A DNA stretch of 64,000 bases from an uncultured Acidobacteriota bacterium (GTDB lineage Bacteria; Acidobacteriota; Thermoanaerobaculia; Multivoradales; JBCCEF01), in NCBI GenBank assembly GCA_963843275.1, contig CAWJJM010000012.1, positions 1,519,753-1,583,752 of the forward strand, read 5' to 3'. The notes below the pieces were generated by a model that made no database searches, had not been told where the DNA came from, and was given only the letters and a program-made list of their open reading frames with translations. Below are positions 16,827 through 26,083 of this stretch, in pieces. A program made the position numbers and the translations under genes. The first letter of the stretch is position 1. The number at the start of each line of letters is the position of its first letter.

Positions 16827-18461
16827 ATGCCCGCCGCCCTTCCTCCGCGCCGCGACGAGCCGACCGACTCGGACGTCCCGGGCGCCCACCGTCCCGCCGA
16901 CCGCCCCGCCGGGCTCCGCCGGGGTTTCGTCGGCGCCCTGGTCGTGACCACCGCGCTGCTGGCCCTCCCCGCCGCCGCCTACACGGTCGACACCACGGCC
17001 GACTCCGGCATGGGCTCCCTGCGCCAGGCGATCCTCGACGCCAACGCCAATGTCGGCGCCGACGTCATCGACTTCGCGATCGGCACCTGTCCGTGCACCA
17101 TCACCCTGTTGACGGTGCTGCCGACGATCACCGACACGGTCGAGATCAACGGCTACACCGAGGGCGGGGCGGCGGCCAACAGCGACGCGACCGCGACCGA
17201 CGCCACTCTCCAGATCGTGCTCGACGCCGGCGGCCTGGCCCAGGCCCTGCGCATCGCCGCACCCGACAGCCGGGTGCGTGGGCTCGACATCGTCAACTAC
17301 TCCTCCCGCGGCATCCGCATCGACGCCGCCGGCGACGGCACGACGATCGACGGCAACTTCATCGGCACCGACCGCACCGGCGGCGCCGCCTCCGGGTTCG
17401 CCGGCCAGTCCGTCGGCATCGCGGTGCTCGACGGCGCCGACGGCGTGACGATCGGCGGCACGGCGCCGGCGGCGCGCAACCTGCTTTCGGGCAACTCCGT
17501 CGACGCCGTCGTCCTGCAGGCCGACTCCACCGTCGTCGCCGGCAACCTCATCGGCACCGACGCCAGCGGCACCGCGGCGCTCCCCAACGGCACCGGGGCG
17601 GCGCCCCACTCCGCCGCCGTGGTGATCAACGTCGGCTCTTCGAACCGGATCGGCGGGCCGACCGCGGCCGACCGCAACGTCATCTCCGGCAACGCGGGCG
17701 ACGCCCTCCAGATCTCCGCAGGCGCGGGAAGCAACCTGATCCAGGGCAACTACATCGGGGTCGACGCCACCGGCAACGCGCCGCTGCCCAACGCCCGCCA
17801 CGGCGTCGTCTTCTACACCGCGGCCGCCGGCGCCGCCGCTGCCGACAACGTCGTCGACGGCAACGTCATCGCCGCGCAGCCGCGCAAGGGCATCGCGGTC
17901 GACGGGCCGGTCTTCACCGGCACCGTGATCACCGACAACTTCCTCGGCGTCGGCGCCGACGGCGTCACCGCCCTCGGCAACGGCTTCGGCCCCGACCCGC
18001 TGATGGCCGGCAACGGCCCCGACCCCGCCGTCGACGTGCTCAACGGCGCCACGGCGCAGGTGGCCGGCAACCGCATCCTCTACAACTCGACCGGCGTCCT
18101 GGTCCGCAGCACCGAGTTCGTCGGCGCGGGCGCGCTCGGCGACGGCGCGCTGCTCGCCGGGTCGAGCTCGAACTGCGTCGTCTTCAACGGCGAGGGCGTG
18201 GTCAACGAGACCGGCACCACCACCCCGTTCGAGATGAACTGGTGGGGTGCGCCCGACGGCCCCTCCGGCGCCGGTCCGGGCGGCGGCGACTCGGTGAGCG
18301 CCGACGTCGACTTCGACCCGTTCCTCACCGCGGCGCCCGCCGGCTGCCCGAGCTCGGTCAGCGTCCTCGAGATCCCCACCGTCAGCGCCGCCGGCCTCGG
18401 CGCGCTCGCCCTGCTGCTGCTGGTCGCCGCCGTGATCATGGGCCGCCGGCGCCCCACCTGA
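16827..18461 (+). CDS. Secreted parallel beta-helix repeat protein with IPTL-CTERM-like C-terminal sorting signal
   Basis: ATG at 16827 behind SD 'AAAGGAG', inside track ORF 16698..18461. Repeated 'GNxIGxDxxGxxxxxN' right-handed beta-helix units. C-terminus 'VLEIPTVSAAGLGALALLLLVAAVIMGRRRPT' reads as motif, TM helix and basic tail. Confidence 0.85.
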   Translation: MPAALPPRRDEPTDSDVPGAHRPADRPAGLRRGFVGALVVTTALLALPAAAYTVDTTADSGMGSLRQAILDANANVGADVIDFAIGTCPCTITLLTVLPTITDTVEINGYTEGGAAANSDATATDATLQIVLDAGGLAQALRIAAPDSRVRGLDIVNYSSRGIRIDAAGDGTTIDGNFIGTDRTGGAASGFAGQSVGIAVLDGADGVTIGGTAPAARNLLSGNSVDAVVLQADSTVVAGNLIGTDASGTAALPNGTGAAPHSAAVVINVGSSNRIGGPTAADRNVISGNAGDALQISAGAGSNLIQGNYIGVDATGNAPLPNARHGVVFYTAAAGAAAADNVVDGNVIAAQPRKGIAVDGPVFTGTVITDNFLGVGADGVTALGNGFGPDPLMAGNGPDPAVDVLNGATAQVAGNRILYNSTGVLVRSTEFVGAGALGDGALLAGSSSNCVVFNGEGVVNETGTTTPFEMNWWGAPDGPSGAGPGGGDSVSADVDFDPFLTAAPAGCPSSVSVLEIPTVSAAGLGALALLLLVAAVIMGRRRPT

Positions 18462-18563
18462 AGTCCGTCCGTCACCGTGCCCCGGGCCTGGACTGCCCCC
18501 CCGGCCCGGGGCGCGGTGCGGCGGCATGTGCGGCCGTGCCGCTCCGCCGGCCGCTGCGCGCCT

Positions 18564-19556
18564 TCACCGACCGCTCGCGACCGCCGCCGGCCGCGCCCCG
18601 GGGTGCAGGGTCACGGCCAGGCCCAGCCCGCCGCGCGGTCCCACCCACGGCTCGACCGCCACCCGACGCGCCCGCAGGGCCTGGTTGTGGCGCGCCACGG
18701 CCCGCCCCACCAGGGTGCCGATCAGCGCCCCGGCGGCGACGTCGGACACGTAGTGGCGGTCGTGGAGGACCCGGGCGTAGCCGACCGCCGCCGCCGACCC
18801 GTAGGCGGCGACGTCGACCCACCGCGAGCGGCTCTCGGCGGCGATGACCGAGGCGACCGCGAAGGCCTGGGTGGTGTGGCCGGACGGGAACGAGGCGTGC
18901 CCGCCGAAGGGATGGAAGTCCGTCGAGTCCGCCGCCTGCCGGGGTCGGCTGCGCCCGAAGGACGCCTTGAGCAGCGGCGTCACCAGGCCGCTGGCCACGA
19001 CGCTGGCCAGAGCGCCGTCGAGGGCCACGTGGCGGGCGTGGTCGTCGTGGCGCGCGGCGCCGTAGAGCCAGAACCCGCCGAGCACCGCCAACGAGCCCTC
19101 CGCCCCCATCGGTTCGAAGACGTCGGCGACGCGGCGTCCGATCGGGCTGCCCTCGAGGCCCTCGGTGTCGACGTCCCCGTGCTCGCTCCCCATCCAACCC
19201 GCCAGCGCGCCGCCCACCAGCACCGTCGCCGTCCAGCCGCGCCACCCCAGCCGCGCCGGCGAGGTCGCCACCCAGCGCAGGTCCTCGAGCAGCAGCCGGG
19301 AGGTCGGGCGCACCGGGCCCGTTTCCACCTCGCCGGCCGGCGCCGCGGCCGGCGCCTCCGCGAGCGGCAGGAGCGGCTCGCCGCTGGCGGCGCCGCCCGT
19401 CTCCTCTGCCGCGACGGAAACCGAGGCGCGGGGCGCCGATCCGGGGGCCCGCACGGCGAACAGCGGGAACACTTCGGCCCCCGCCGGTGCATCGGCGAGG
19501 AGCGAGCAGGACAGCGCCAGGACCACGGCCAGGCAACGGGGACGGACGGCACGCAT
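18564..19556 (-). CDS. PAP2-family (type 2 phosphatidic acid / lipid phosphate) phosphatase
   Basis: ATG at 19556 shares its A with the TGA of the RND gene. Signal peptide present. PAP2 motifs: 'KASFGRSRP', 'PSGH' and 'SRSR...VLHDRHYVSD'. Confidence 0.85.
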   Translation of the reverse strand: MRAVRPRCLAVVLALSCSLLADAPAGAEVFPLFAVRAPGSAPRASVSVAAEETGGAASGEPLLPLAEAPAAAPAGEVETGPVRPTSRLLLEDLRWVATSPARLGWRGWTATVLVGGALAGWMGSEHGDVDTEGLEGSPIGRRVADVFEPMGAEGSLAVLGGFWLYGAARHDDHARHVALDGALASVVASGLVTPLLKASFGRSRPRQAADSTDFHPFGGHASFPSGHTTQAFAVASVIAAESRSRWVDVAAYGSAAAVGYARVLHDRHYVSDVAAGALIGTLVGRAVARHNQALRARRVAVEPWVGPRGGLGLAVTLHPGARPAAVASGR

Positions 19557-22500
19557 CACGACTCTCCTTCCCGGAGGGGGGATCGGGGCGCCAGCCGGCC
19601 GCGCGGGTCGAGCCGGGCATAGAGCGCCGGCAGGACCCACAGCACCAACGGTCCCGAGAGGACGAACCCGCCGATCACCGCGATGGCGAGCGGCTGGAGG
19701 AGCTGCGAGCCCTGGCCCAGCGCGAGGGCCAGGGGTGCCAGGGCGCAGGCGGTGGCGACGACGGTCATCGCCACCGGCCGCAGCCGGCGGTGCGCCGCGG
19801 TGGCCCAGGCCGCGTCGACCCCGAGCCCCCGGGCGAGCTCGAGCCGGCCCTCGTGGATGATGAAGATCGCGTTCTCGCCGACGATCCCCACCACCATGAT
19901 GGCGCCGACGAAGCTCGAGATGTTCAGCGTCTGCCCGGTGAGGACGAGAGCCGCGAAGACGCCCGGCAGCACGCCCAGCGCGATCGCCGCGGTGAGCAGG
20001 GGCGCCCGCCAGTCGCCGAACTCGAAGAGGAGGATGACGCCGACCAGCAGCAGGCCGGCGAGCAGCACGCCGAGCAGCGCCTTGAACGACTGCTGCTGCT
20101 GCGCGTACTGGCCGCCGTACTCGACCGACAAGCCGGAGGGCAGGTGCAGCCCGCGGCTCAGCGTGCGTCGGATGTCGCTCACCGCGCCGCCCAGGCTGCG
20201 GCCGCTCAGCCGCGCCGTGACCGCCAGGTAGGAGCGCAGGTCCTCGCGGTCGATCTCGGCTTCCGGCGGCCCGGTGGAGACGTCGGCGAGCCGGTCGAGC
20301 CGGGTGGCGACGCCCTCGCCGTCGAGGATCGGCAGCGCGGCGAGCGGCCCGTGGTGGCTCGAGAAGACGCGCACGTCGTAGACGCGCTCGCCGACCCGCA
20401 GGTCGCTGGCCACGGTGCCGGTCAGCGCCGCCTCGACCTGTCCCTGCAGGTCTTCGGTGGTCAGCCCGTGACGGGCGAGCTCCCGGCTGTCGGTCACCAG
20501 GTCGAGAGCGGGACCGGAGATGGTGATGCCGTCGAAGACGTCCTCGACGCCCCGGATCGGAGTGATCAGCTCGGCGATGCGCCGCGCCGCCTGCTGCAGT
20601 TGGGCCTGGTCCTCGCCGAACACCTTGACCTCGATCGGTTGCGGCACGCCGCCCGAGAGGTCGCCGATGTCGTCCTCGAGAAGCTGGCCGAAATCGGTCT
20701 CGATCGCCGGCTCGACGGCGGCGAGGCGGGCGCGCAGGGCGTCGATCACCTCCTCGACCGGCCGGCGCCGTCCCCGCGGCTCGAGCTGGATGACGTAGTC
20801 ACCGCTGTTGGGCTCGGTGACGAAGAAGCCCAGCTCGGTGCCGGTACGCCGCGAGTAGCCGGCGACGTCGGGCAGCGACAGGATCACCCGCTCGGCCTGG
20901 CGCAGCATCGCGTCGGTCTCGCTCAGCGAGGTGCCGGGGGGCGTGCGGTAGTCGAGGATGATCGAACCCTCGTCCATGGCGGGGAGGAAGTCGGTGTCGA
21001 TGGCGCGGTAGAGCAGCCAGCCGGCGACCCCCAGACCGACCAGCAGCAGGGCCGCCGCCGGCCAGAGGGCGATCGCGCGGGCGCTCCAGCGCCGCAAGCG
21101 GGACGGCCCGGGCCCCTCCTCCCGCTCCTGCGCGACCTCCTGGCTCGCCGCCGGCTCGGCGGGTCCCTCCTCCCGCCCCGCCGACTCCGCCTCCGCCCGT
21201 CCCCGCTCCTCCCCCTCCGGCTCGGCGCGGCGCATCGCCGCCGGGACCGCGAAGGCGGCGATGACGAAGGAGGAGACGAGCGCCAGCACCATGGTCAGCG
21301 CCAGCGGCTGGAAGAAGGCGCCGGCCACCCCGGAGAGCAGGGCGAAGGGCAGGAAGACGACGATCGTCGACAGGCTCGAGCCGACGAGGGCGGGGAGCAG
21401 CTCGCGGGCACCGGTCAGGGCCGCGTGGCGGGCGTCGCGCTCCTCGTGGTGGCGGTGGATGTTCTCCACCACCACGATGGCGTCGTCGGCGACCAGGCCG
21501 AGCGCCGCCGCGATGCCGCCCAGCGTCATCAGGTTGAGCGTCATCCCGGTGGCGCGCAGGCCGACGAAGACCAGGGCCACGGTGAGCGGGATGGCGACCA
21601 CGGTGACCAGGGTCGGTCGCCACCGGCGCAGGAAGACGAGCAGCACCAGCGCCGCCAGGCCGACGCCGATCAGGATGGCGTCGCGTACCCCCCTCACCGA
21701 GTCGGTGATGAAGCGCGCCTGATCGTAGAAGGCGCTCCACTGCACGCCCGGCGGGATGATCTCGGGATGGTCCTGGAGCAGGCGGTGGACCCCGGCGGCG
21801 ATCGACACCGTGTTCGCCGAGGGCTGCTGCACGACGTTGAGCAGCACCGCCTCGTGGCCACCGGCGGTGGTACGGACGTAGGAGACCGCGTCGGCCGCTC
21901 GCAGATCCGCGATCGACCCCAGCGGCACCGGCACGGCCTCGGGGCCGACGGGGATCGCCAGACCAGGCAGCGTGTCCAGGCCACCCGCCCGTCCGTCGAC
22001 CAGCGCCAGGTAGAGCTCGTGGTTGCGCTCCACCAGGCCGGCGGAGAGGATCCGATGGTCTTTCGAGACGGCGTCGACCACGTCGTTGGGGGTGAGGTGG
22101 CGGCCGGCCAGCGCCCGGAGGTCGAGGTGGATCTGGATCTCCCGCTCTCGCCCCCCCTGCACCTGCACCTGGGACACGCCATCGATACGGAGCAGCTCCG
22201 GCTTCAGGGTGTACTCGGCGAGCTGGCGAAGCTGCCACCCGGCGAGCCGGTCGGAGGTCAACGCGTAGCCGAGGATGGGGAAGATGGAGGTGTTCATCCA
22301 CTCGACGTCGACCGCCGCGTCCGGCGGCAGCTGCGGCCGCACCCGCTCGACCTCCGCCTGCACGCGCTGCAGCGCGACCTGCATCTCGGTGCCCCAGGAG
22401 AACTCGGCGCTCATCTCGGTCGAGCCGCGCGAGGTGATCGAGCGCACCGTCTGGATCCCGGGCACCCTGGCCACCGCTTCCTCGAGCGGCCGCGTCACGG

Positions 22501-22684
22501 TGGGGATCACCCGGACGGCGGGCACCTCGCCGACGTCCGCGATGACCTTGACGAGGGGGAAGGTGACCTGCGGGAAGATCGACGAGGGCAGGCGCAGGGC
22601 GACCAGCACCCCACCGGCGGCGAGCGCGACGAGCAGCAGGAACACGGCCGCCGCGCGCCTCTGGGCGAGGGCGACGACGTTCAC
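19556..22684 (-). CDS. RND efflux transporter permease (AcrB/CzcA superfamily)
   Basis: 1042-aa track ORF with a 12-TM RND architecture. N-terminal 'LPSSIFPQVTFPLVKVIAD' and a duplicated large-loop/TM pattern. The GTG start overlaps the MFP stop (GTGA). Confidence 0.92.
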   Translation of the reverse strand: MNVVALAQRRAAAVFLLLVALAAGGVLVALRLPSSIFPQVTFPLVKVIADVGEVPAVRVIPTVTRPLEEAVARVPGIQTVRSITSRGSTEMSAEFSWGTEMQVALQRVQAEVERVRPQLPPDAAVDVEWMNTSIFPILGYALTSDRLAGWQLRQLAEYTLKPELLRIDGVSQVQVQGGREREIQIHLDLRALAGRHLTPNDVVDAVSKDHRILSAGLVERNHELYLALVDGRAGGLDTLPGLAIPVGPEAVPVPLGSIADLRAADAVSYVRTTAGGHEAVLLNVVQQPSANTVSIAAGVHRLLQDHPEIIPPGVQWSAFYDQARFITDSVRGVRDAILIGVGLAALVLLVFLRRWRPTLVTVVAIPLTVALVFVGLRATGMTLNLMTLGGIAAALGLVADDAIVVVENIHRHHEERDARHAALTGARELLPALVGSSLSTIVVFLPFALLSGVAGAFFQPLALTMVLALVSSFVIAAFAVPAAMRRAEPEGEERGRAEAESAGREEGPAEPAASQEVAQEREEGPGPSRLRRWSARAIALWPAAALLLVGLGVAGWLLYRAIDTDFLPAMDEGSIILDYRTPPGTSLSETDAMLRQAERVILSLPDVAGYSRRTGTELGFFVTEPNSGDYVIQLEPRGRRRPVEEVIDALRARLAAVEPAIETDFGQLLEDDIGDLSGGVPQPIEVKVFGEDQAQLQQAARRIAELITPIRGVEDVFDGITISGPALDLVTDSRELARHGLTTEDLQGQVEAALTGTVASDLRVGERVYDVRVFSSHHGPLAALPILDGEGVATRLDRLADVSTGPPEAEIDREDLRSYLAVTARLSGRSLGGAVSDIRRTLSRGLHLPSGLSVEYGGQYAQQQQSFKALLGVLLAGLLLVGVILLFEFGDWRAPLLTAAIALGVLPGVFAALVLTGQTLNISSFVGAIMVVGIVGENAIFIIHEGRLELARGLGVDAAWATAAHRRLRPVAMTVVATACALAPLALALGQGSQLLQPLAIAVIGGFVLSGPLVLWVLPALYARLDPRGRLAPRSPLREGES

Positions 22685-23889
22685 GGACCGGGCGCCTCGG
22701 AGGCACCGCCGGGGGCCGCGGAGGAGGCGCCACCCGAGCCCGCGCCGGGCGTTCCGGCGCGCCGCGACGCCGCGCCGCCGGCCCGCGGGCCGGCGGGAGG
22801 GTCCGATCCGGTCCCCGGTGACGTCGCACCGGGTGCGGGGTCGGACGGCGTCGCGGCACCCTCGAGGCCCTGACCTTCCCCGCCGGAGCCCGGCCCGGCG
22901 GGAGCGACGCGCGTTCCCTCGGCCAGCCCGACCTGCCCGGACACGGCGACCCGGGTGCCGGCCTCGAGCGCGGGAGAGACGATCTCGACCCGCACCGCGT
23001 CCTCGAGCCCGGTGACCACGTCGACCCAGTGGAGGCGGTTCCGCCCGTCGAGGGTGCCCACCCGGGCGGTGCCGCTGACGTCGTCGCGGAGCACCGCGGC
23101 GGGCGGCACGACGGGGACGTCGCGGTGCTCACCGACCGCGATGCGCGCCGTGCCGTAGAGGCCGCCCGAGGGGACCTGCCGCGGGTCGCGGAAGTCGAGC
23201 CGCAGCGGCGCCGTCAGGTCGCTGCTCGCCCCGGGGGTCAGCAGGCCGTGGACCCGGGCGGCGAGCGGCGCCGGGCCGCCGGACACCTCCACCGTGGCCG
23301 GCCGGCCGGGGCGGACACGCCCCAGCTCGCTCTGCGGCACGTCGGCACGGAAGACCACCGAGCCGGCGGCGGCGATGGCGAGCAGCTCCTGGTCCGCGGT
23401 GACACGATCGCCGGCGGTCGCCGAGCGTGCCGTGACCCGCCCGTCGACGGTGGCGAGCAGCGGCGCGGCGACCCGCGTGCGCTGCGCCAGCTCGAGGGCC
23501 TGTCGTGCCTCCTCCTCTTCGGCCGGCGTCGCGGCGCGGCGCACCATCTGGCGCGCGCCGGCCAGGGCCGCCTCGCTGTCGCGCGCCACCATGGTGCCGA
23601 CCTGCTGGTCGCGGTGCACCACGCTTCCCTCGACCACCGCGAGGGCGGTCACCGTCCCGTCGAAGGGAGCGCGGATCTTCTGCTCGACGAGCGCCACCGT
23701 CCGCCCCGGGGCCGTGACCTCGGCGAGGAGCGTGGCACGCTCGACGATGGCCACGCGCACCGGAGTGGCGGCGGCGGGCGCGAAGCCGTCCGTCCCGGCT
23801 CGCTCCCCGTCGCCGGCCACGTCGCCGCCGCCGGACGACGAGGAGCCGCCACCGCCGCAGGCGAGCAGCAGCGCGAGGAACAGGCCCAT
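22681..23889 (-). CDS. RND periplasmic adaptor (membrane fusion protein), lipoprotein
   Basis: ATG at 23889 ('MGLFLALLLACGGGG', lipobox) inside track ORF 22681..24387. HlyD/MFP barrel-sandwich and hairpin pattern. A ~75-aa Gly/Pro/Ala/Ser tail follows. Confidence 0.85.
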   Translation of the reverse strand: MGLFLALLLACGGGGSSSSGGGDVAGDGERAGTDGFAPAAATPVRVAIVERATLLAEVTAPGRTVALVEQKIRAPFDGTVTALAVVEGSVVHRDQQVGTMVARDSEAALAGARQMVRRAATPAEEEEARQALELAQRTRVAAPLLATVDGRVTARSATAGDRVTADQELLAIAAAGSVVFRADVPQSELGRVRPGRPATVEVSGGPAPLAARVHGLLTPGASSDLTAPLRLDFRDPRQVPSGGLYGTARIAVGEHRDVPVVPPAAVLRDDVSGTARVGTLDGRNRLHWVDVVTGLEDAVRVEIVSPALEAGTRVAVSGQVGLAEGTRVAPAGPGSGGEGQGLEGAATPSDPAPGATSPGTGSDPPAGPRAGGAASRRAGTPGAGSGGASSAAPGGASEAPGP

Positions 23890-23912
23890 CGGCAGCGCCC
23901 GCACGGCTCGCC

Positions 23913-25481
23913 TCACGGTGCCCCTCCCCAGCGCAGCAAGCGGGCCTGGGCCTCGCGGTAGGCGAGCTCGGCGTCGACCTGTGCCACGGCGGCGTCGACG
24001 GCGGCCGAGAACGCGTCCAGCACCTCCAGGTAGCCGGCGGCGCCGCCCCAGTACCGGCTCTCGGCGTTCAGGTAGGCGTCGCGCGCCGTGGGCAGCGCTC
24101 CGCTCAGCATCTCGTACCGCCGGTAGGCGTCGGCCAGCTGACGACGTGCCTGCACCCACTCGAGGCCGGCGCGCGTCTCGGCCACGGTCACGCTGCGCCG
24201 CGCCTGCTCCAGCGCCAGGTCCGCCTGGGCGATCCGCGCCGCGACCCCACCGCTGTCGAACAGTGGCACGTGGACGCTGAAGGTCAGCGAGGTGCCGAGG
24301 TCGCGCCGGGCCCGATCGCGAAAGGTGGCTCCGGCGTGCGTGGCGGCGTACTCCTCCGGCACCGGGTGCAACGGGTCCGAGCCCCACAGCCCGGCGTCGG
24401 CGCGCAGCGTCAGTTGGGGCGCCCGCTCGGCGCGCGCCGCCGCCAGCTCGCCGGCCGCCGCGTCCGCCTGCTGCCGGGCCGCTGCCACGTCGGCGGTCGC
24501 CGCGGGCTGCGCCGGCAACGCCAGGGACCAGGTAGGGCCGGCCGCGGTCCCCGTGCGCGTCGTCGCCCCGGCACTGTCAGACGCGGCCGCGGTGGAGGCC
24601 GGCGCGGTCCGCGCCGGGCCTGGAGCCCCGGGCGGGGACCCGGCTCCCCCCGTTCCAGCGGTCGCCGCGGCCGGCCGCGCGACGGCCGCCGTCCCGCTCC
24701 CGGCAGCGGTGCCGCCGGCCGCCGCGGCGGGCTCGAATGACGGCGGTGGCGTCGGGGCGGGCAGCGGCGCCAGCTCGAGGGCGGCCTCGGGCGGCAGGCC
24801 CATCAACGTCGCGAGCTCGGCCCGGCGGTCGGCGGCGCGCCCCGCGGCGTCGGTGCGGGCCGCGAGCTCGGTGGCCAGGCGCACCCGCGCATTGAGCAGG
24901 TCGGCGGTCACCGGCTGGCTCCCCGCCGCCCGACTCCCCAGCAGCTCGACGTAGCGCCGCAGGCGCTCGATCCCCTCGTCGCGGATCGCCACCTCGCGCT
25001 GGCCGGCCAGCGCACCGGCGAACGCCTCGCGCACCTGGCGGTCGAGGTCGGCCACCGTCCGGCGGTACTGCGACTCGGCCACCCGGACCTCGGCGGCCGC
25101 CTGGCGCTGGCGCGCGCGCCGGCCGCCGCCGTCGTAGATGGACTTCTCGGCGATCACCTGCAGGCGCTCCTCGCCCTGGTCGGTGACCGTCGGGTCGTAG
25201 CCGTCGGCGGGCGCGATCCACAGCTCCCCGTCGGCGCTGAGGACGACGCGGCGCTGCGCCCCGGCCTCGCGCAGCCGCTGTCGGGCGAGCCGCTGGTCGA
25301 GCGCCGCGACCGGGAGCTCGGCGTTGGCCCGGTGGGCCCGCGCCAACGCCTCCTCGAGGGTCATTTGCCCCGCCGCGCCGGGCTCCGCCCCCGCGGCAGC
25401 GGAGGCGACCACGGCGAAGAGGAGGACCGCGAGACTAGGAACGATCGGCGACACGGCGAGGGAGACGGCTCTAGCTCCCAC
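23913..25481 (-). CDS. TolC-family outer-membrane efflux protein
   Basis: Track ORF. Two TolC-type repeats: 'LEEALARAHRANAELPVAALDQRLARQRLREA' and 'LEQARRSVTVAETRAGLEWVQARRQL'. An Ala/Gly/Pro/Thr-rich insert of roughly 90 aa lies between them. The start (GTG 25481 or GTG 25454) is uncertain. Confidence 0.8.
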   Translation of the reverse strand: MGARAVSLAVSPIVPSLAVLLFAVVASAAAGAEPGAAGQMTLEEALARAHRANAELPVAALDQRLARQRLREAGAQRRVVLSADGELWIAPADGYDPTVTDQGEERLQVIAEKSIYDGGGRRARQRQAAAEVRVAESQYRRTVADLDRQVREAFAGALAGQREVAIRDEGIERLRRYVELLGSRAAGSQPVTADLLNARVRLATELAARTDAAGRAADRRAELATLMGLPPEAALELAPLPAPTPPPSFEPAAAAGGTAAGSGTAAVARPAAATAGTGGAGSPPGAPGPARTAPASTAAASDSAGATTRTGTAAGPTWSLALPAQPAATADVAAARQQADAAAGELAAARAERAPQLTLRADAGLWGSDPLHPVPEEYAATHAGATFRDRARRDLGTSLTFSVHVPLFDSGGVAARIAQADLALEQARRSVTVAETRAGLEWVQARRQLADAYRRYEMLSGALPTARDAYLNAESRYWGGAAGYLEVLDAFSAAVDAAVAQVDAELAYREAQARLLRWGGAP

Positions 25482-25941
25482 CCCCCGCCTCGGCGTTCTT
25501 CTCGGCCTTCTCCTGGGCCGGTCCCTCGTGCTGCACCGAGACCCGCGAGCCGTCGTGGGCGTCCACGTTGACCTCGTCGATGCCGGACCGGCCCGGCGTG
25601 GTCAGCTCGAAGGTGTAGATCAACCGACCGCCTTCCCGCTCGAGCTCCTCGGAGGTGATCCGCGCGCCGGGGACGCGCTCGAGGGCGGTCCGGCGCGCCT
25701 GCTCCACCGCCACGGTCGCCTGGGCGAGAAGGTCCGGAGGCAGGTCGCTCCTCGCCGGCGCCTGGGCGCCGGGTGCGGTGGCGGCGCTCGGGGGCGTCGC
25801 GCTCGGTACGGCCGGCGCGGTGGACGGTGTCGTCGCCGGCGGCGGGCCGGTGGCGGTCGCGCCGCCGGGGCCTCCGCAGGAGACGGTGAGCAGCAGGACG
25901 GCGGAGAACACGGGGACGAACGCTCGCTGCAGGATCTCCAT
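25471..25941 (-). CDS. PepSY-domain lipoprotein
   Basis: ATG at 25941 behind 'GGAGG' ('MEILQRAFVPVFSAVLLLTVSCGG'). Pro/Thr/Ala linker. C-terminal PepSY-like 'GRLIYTFELTTPGRSGIDEVNVDAHDGSRV'. Confidence 0.75.
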   Translation of the reverse strand: MEILQRAFVPVFSAVLLLTVSCGGPGGATATGPPPATTPSTAPAVPSATPPSAATAPGAQAPARSDLPPDLLAQATVAVEQARRTALERVPGARITSEELEREGGRLIYTFELTTPGRSGIDEVNVDAHDGSRVSVQHEGPAQEKAEKNAEAGGGS

Positions 25942-26083
25942 CGCAACCTCCGGTCGGGACGATGTCGGGGACTCGGACGCGCCGTCGAGCTGCCACGGAT
26001 CGCGGATCCGGCGGTCGGCACCCGCTCCCGCCGGCCGCCACCGCATCGTGGCAGGTCGTGATGACGCCTGGATGAACGGCGGA

